A stretch of DNA of 63,248 nt, filler included, from Octopus bimaculoides (taxonomy: Eukaryota): assembly GCF_001194135.2 (NCBI RefSeq). It is 5 parts of 5 records of this genome, joined end to end, with 100 filler letters (N's around TTAATTAATTAA, not from the genome) between each part and the next. Parts side by side here need not be neighbours in the genome. Positions count along the whole stretch, not along the records: positions 50,449 to 59,387 come from NC_068982.1; positions 59,488 to 63,248 come from NC_069007.1; 3 more parts are not named here. One strand, written 5' to 3'. Under the pieces are notes generated by a model. It made no database searches. It was not told the DNA's origin and worked only from the letters and a program-made list of their open reading frames with translations. Within the stretch, counting starts at the first letter, position 1, and the number at the start of each line of letters is the position of its first letter. This document shows positions 58,831 through 63,248 of this stretch, piece after piece. A program made the translations under genes and the position numbers.

Positions 58831-59079
58831 ATGCACATGCATGCACACACGCTTGCACAAGAACAAAGCACTTCTCAAACTATCTTCCTCTATTCCACTT
58901 GTCACAAAACTCTATATACATATTTACCAAATGCAAAATCCTATGCAGTTACTTGAAATCATTAACTGACCAGTTATTACAATGTCTCTTCCATTACCTA
59001 CAAATAGTTTGCTCTTTAACTCATCAAATGACTCCAATTGTTTCTTCATAGGCATTTGTCTTAATCTATAAAACACATG

Positions 59080-59320
59080 ACAGGGTTTAACATTTGTAAA
59101 GAATGTGAAACGATGTTATGGCATGTGGAGTAGAGAAAGATAGTTAGCGGGACGTTTTCTCAATAGCAATGTTCCACCTTTGAATGAGAGCATGTATCCC
59201 TGCCCCGTAAAATTCTGTTGACTGCTCTTTGAGCCACTTCTTCACTACAGTTTTCACTTCCTCATCACTGGAATAATGCTTGCCTCTCAAACTCTCTTTC
59301 ATGGGGCTGAAGAGATGATA
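59080..59320 (-). mobile_element. Mariner transposase C-terminal fragment
   Basis: LDYHLFSPMKESLRGKHYSSDEEVKTVVKKWLK...GIHALIQRWNIAIEK. Confidence 0.85.
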
Positions 59321-60025
59321 GTCCAGTGACGAGAAGATATAAGGTTTGCCAGGTTTTTGTCTCTCTCACCAAGGTCATCAGCTGTCGNNNNNNNNNNNNN
59401 NNNNNNNNNNNNNNNNNNNNNNNNNNNNNNNTTAATTAATTAANNNNNNNNNNNNNNNNNNNNNNNNNNNNNNNNNNNNNNNNNNNNATATATCTTAGCT
59501 TTGTTATATCGTAGTAGTCATCTGATTCTGCATGATAATTAGATTTATACGCTTTGTAGTAACATCACTGTGATATCAGATACGATAATACATATATCAA
59601 TAACAATTACTGCAAGTCCTACCATTTGCAAATATGTTCGTCTTGATAAAATTTAATTTACTTTGTAAAGCCTCTTCTAAATTAATTTTCGAAACCGCGC
59701 CGCTATCACCACCACCACCACAACCGCAACCGCCTCCACCACCACCCACGACGACGCCAACGGCGACCATTTTGTACGTTACGTTACGTTACGTTACGAA
59801 ACACAGTCCATAAGATATGAGAGCTTATCAAACAAATATCATTTGATATTAAAATGCACAAAAGAGGCATTGAATATTGTAATGAAATTATATATTCTGT
59901 GTTCAGGACACAAGAACAGTGGATTTCTTCGATTTTTGGCGCCAAAAGAATTAAAAAGAAAACAGGTAGATACTTATAGAAATATGTTATATTAAATACA
60001 TGCATCATAATTGGTTAGCTGTGTT

Positions 60026-60027
<2 letters not shown>

Positions 60028-60095
<68 letters not shown>

Positions 60096-60121
60096 TGATG
60101 GTGATAATAATAATAATAATG

Positions 60122-60182
<61 letters not shown>

Positions 60183-60185
60183 TAA
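60028..60185. repeat. (AAT)n microsatellite
   Basis: Directly visible. Confidence 0.97.
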
Positions 60186-60519
60186 TGGTAACGGTCTTTG
60201 ATACAATATTGAGTTCGATTAAACAGAAGCAAATCAAGTGTTGTTATTCAAAGATTTGCTAGAATGTGGCTCTTCGATTTATATTCAAATTGTCGTTTCT
60301 AGTGTTTTATTAAATTTTAGTTTGAATATATGAATAAAATGCACGCTGCTTTGTCGTCTTATGAACGGAAATATGGCCGACATTCAATTTAGAAGACAAT
60401 GACTATTGTGTTCGTTGTTTATTTGTTGTTATTGCTGTTGTTGTTGTTATTGCTGTTGTTGATTAGCATGAGGTCATCTTTGATCCAGTAGACTTATTAA
60501 TAAAGGTAATCGCAGAATC

Positions 60520-61520
60520 ATTAATTAGAGTGTCAAACAAAATGCTTCGCGATATTCCTTCCGATTCATTACGTTTTTCTGTTCAAATTCCGCTGGGGTT
60601 TTTATATCGTTTCAGGGATGTAAAGCACTGAATACGATGTAATTAACTAGGCCCTCCTCTAGAAATTTCAGGCCTTGCGCATATATTTGAAGGGATTATT
60701 AAGGTGATGAGCTGGCAGAAACGTTAGCACGTCGGGCAAAATGCTAAGCGGTATTTCGTCTGCCGTTACGTTCTGAGTTCAAATTCCGCCGAGGTCGACT
60801 TTGCCTTTCATCCTTTCGGGGTCGATAAATTAAGTACCAGTTACGCACTGGGATCGATGTAATCGACTTAATCCCTTTGTCTGTCCTTGTTTGTCCCCTC
60901 TCTCTGTAGCCCCTTGTGGGCAGTAAAGAAATAAGGAACATTAGCAGGCCGGACGAAATGCTTAGCGGTATTTCGTCTGCCGTTACGTTCTGAGTTCAAA
61001 TTCCACCGAGGTCGACTTTGCCTTTCATCCTTTCGGGGTCCATAAATTAAGTATCAGTTACGCACTGGGGTCGATGTAATCGACTTAATCCATTCGTCTG
61101 CCCTTGTTTGTCCCCTCTATGTTTGGCCCCTTGTGGGCAATAAAAAATAAGAATTTTGAGAACACCGAATAAATGTTCAGTGGCAGCTACTCCAGGATTT
61201 TACGTTCAAATACCGCCCATGTCGACTTTGCCTTTTATCTTCTGACATGATCGACTTGTTCCTTGCCCAGAAATTCCGGACCCTGTACCCATGATAAAAT
61301 AAATTATTTAAGTTGCTTTCCAAAAGCTCAGAGGTGGTGAGGTGGCATTATCGTTAACGCACTGGAAAAGAAATTGTTTTCAGGCTCTTAAGAATTCGAG
61401 TTCAAATCTCGCCGGAATTAAGTTTCATTTCATCTTTACTTTGAGGTCGATAAAATGCGGTATCGGTGAAGTACTTGAATCAGTGGCATCGACTAAGCCT
61501 TTTTCATTGACCTCTCTGAC
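60520..61520 (+). mobile_element. Head-to-tail cluster of ~5 SINE family B copies
   Basis: Well-preserved copies at 60703-60933 and 60936-61151; degraded copies at ~60520-60690, ~61170-61290 and ~61335-61520 share aaatgctt..., gttcaaat and gtcgactttgcc-like blocks. Confidence 0.85.
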
Positions 61521-62230
61521 CTTGTACCCAAATGAGAAACCATTATTAAAAGTATTTCAAACTTCTTTCTCTGTTTTGCTGTCGTTGTCAAGGCCTTGGA
61601 CAACGGATTACCTTGAAACACGCATCTAAAAATATAAGTGAACCTTGTATTTAACAAATATGCACATTATTACACACATATGTGTGTATATATGTGTGTG
61701 TATGTGTGTGTGTCAAAAATAGCTATTATTTATTTTCAGTTTTATTTGCTTTTGAAGTATTTAGCATTTTAATAAAAAAAATAAGTTTTTTTCTTTAATT
61801 ATTCACTGCAGCTTGTAGGAGAAATTCACACACACACACAATCGTGCCCCCGTTTCTATCCGCCGCCTCGCTCTATCTCATCTTTGAATGGATGTTTTAT
61901 GTTTTTGTTATATTCTGCCTGTGGTATATTTTAACGCTCAATGTGTTCTTTATAAATTGCTTGAACAGAAAGCAGATGTCAAGATAAAGAAGTTACGGCG
62001 CTTTCACAATCATCTCTCAACAATCTTCTATCAGAGCAGGCGTTGCCGCTATTTCAAGCCATATAAATAATGCATAAAGACTGTCGCCATATTTATGCCA
62101 CGCTGCTAAGCTGCAAAACACGCACCAATCTTAGTTACTGCTGATGCTGTTGGCTTTAAAAATGCAAAAATTGAAAGAATCTAAATAACTTAGGATAATT
62201 TTTTACTTGGAGATAGCCATAATAAATGTT

Positions 62231-62245
62231 ACTGGTAATAATAAC

Positions 62246-62322
<77 letters not shown>
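62231..62322. repeat. (AAT)n microsatellite
   Basis: Directly visible. Confidence 0.97.
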
Positions 62323-63063
62323 TAAGGGCAGCAGTTCTGGGGGAGGTGTGTACGTATGTATCCTTACGTAAAGAGCCAGCAATTTCTAACACCAAAACGG
62401 GATAAATGTCCAATTAGCCATGTCAGATCACAAGTGCCAAAATAGCAACGCCCGACTGTCTCACTCCGTATAGGACTCCTTTATACAAAGCTACCTTCCT
62501 TTTTAAAGATGATGACGTGCAATTAGATGAAAAGTTAGCAGCTATTTCTTGCCGGTTCAGTGACTACAATCAGCTCTCCGTTATTGAGATGTTATAGTAT
62601 CGTTAATGCTGTTTAACCCACGAACAAATTCACTCCACCAGGAACATTATTAAAAGGCATTGAAGCCAGGATAAGATTTTATCATAAATGCATGATAGGG
62701 AAGCCTTAGAAGATGTGATTGCTATTTCTCAGGCTGACTGACTGACTACCTAGAGGCTCTTTCGTTTTATTAATAATATCCAGTCCTTCTTATAGGTATG
62801 GAGGGAATTTAGATGTTAGAATATAAAGTGTTTCGTACGCATAAAGTATATAAACCAACATAAAATTTATTCTGTATATTAATACTAATATATTTATATT
62901 TAAAATGTTATTAATATATAAAGAGAAATATTGTAATGTATTGACTATCGCGTGTGTTACGTTCTAAAAACCCCGCCAAAGGTGTAAATATGCGAAGTAG
63001 AAACAGTACTATACTGTATATTATTTTTATTATCTTTATATTTCGTATATATAATTTGTATAA

Positions 63064-63213
63064 AGGCACAGGAGTGGCCGTGTGGTAAGTAGCTTGTTTC
63101 CCAACCACATGGTTCTGGGTTCAGTCCCACTTGGGCAAGTGTCTTCTACTATAGCCTCGGGCTGACCAAAGCTTATGAGTGGATTTGGTAGACGGAAACT
63201 AAAAGATGCCCGT

Positions 63214-63248
<35 letters not shown>
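63064..63248 (+). mobile_element. SINE family A head running into (TA)n at the window edge
   Basis: aggcacaggagtggccgtgtggtaag...ggttcagtccc...ggatttggtagacggaaact. Confidence 0.88.

Overview
AT-rich (roughly one third GC) eukaryotic draft-assembly sequence, dense in microsatellites and N-gaps. From memory, the SINE families, the Dong/R4, RTE and CR1-type LINEs and the TTAATTAATTAA gap markers resemble an octopus (coleoid cephalopod) assembly; this is inference, not a database match. I could not recognise any host protein-coding gene, rRNA, true tRNA gene or CRISPR array, and all recognisable protein sequence is transposon-derived and broken by stops or frameshifts. Supported elements: near full-length Tc1 (31973-33235) and mariner (33456-34648) with TIRs and TA TSDs; two DD37D/maT relics; hAT, CR1-like, RTE and Penelope-like relics; a Helentron-type non-autonomous element; two tRNA-derived SINE families. 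Most interesting: (1) a 1254-bp Mutator/foldback-like element with a perfect 9-bp TSD whose two inverted arms both contain a SINE tail (15895-17148); (2) a same-strand stack of four Dong/R4 retrotransposon pieces with most junctions at (AAT)n-type repeats (25000-29664); (3) an ORF1-only LINE-like unit whose 3' end matches the tail of SINE family B (39843-41830); (4) a 105-bp near-perfect hairpin (21668-21944) plus other foldbacks; (5) decayed hammerhead-like motifs at Penelope-like ends; (6) two frame-compatible candidate small exons (36165-37818). Alignments and identities were judged by eye, and the boundaries of decayed elements are approximate.
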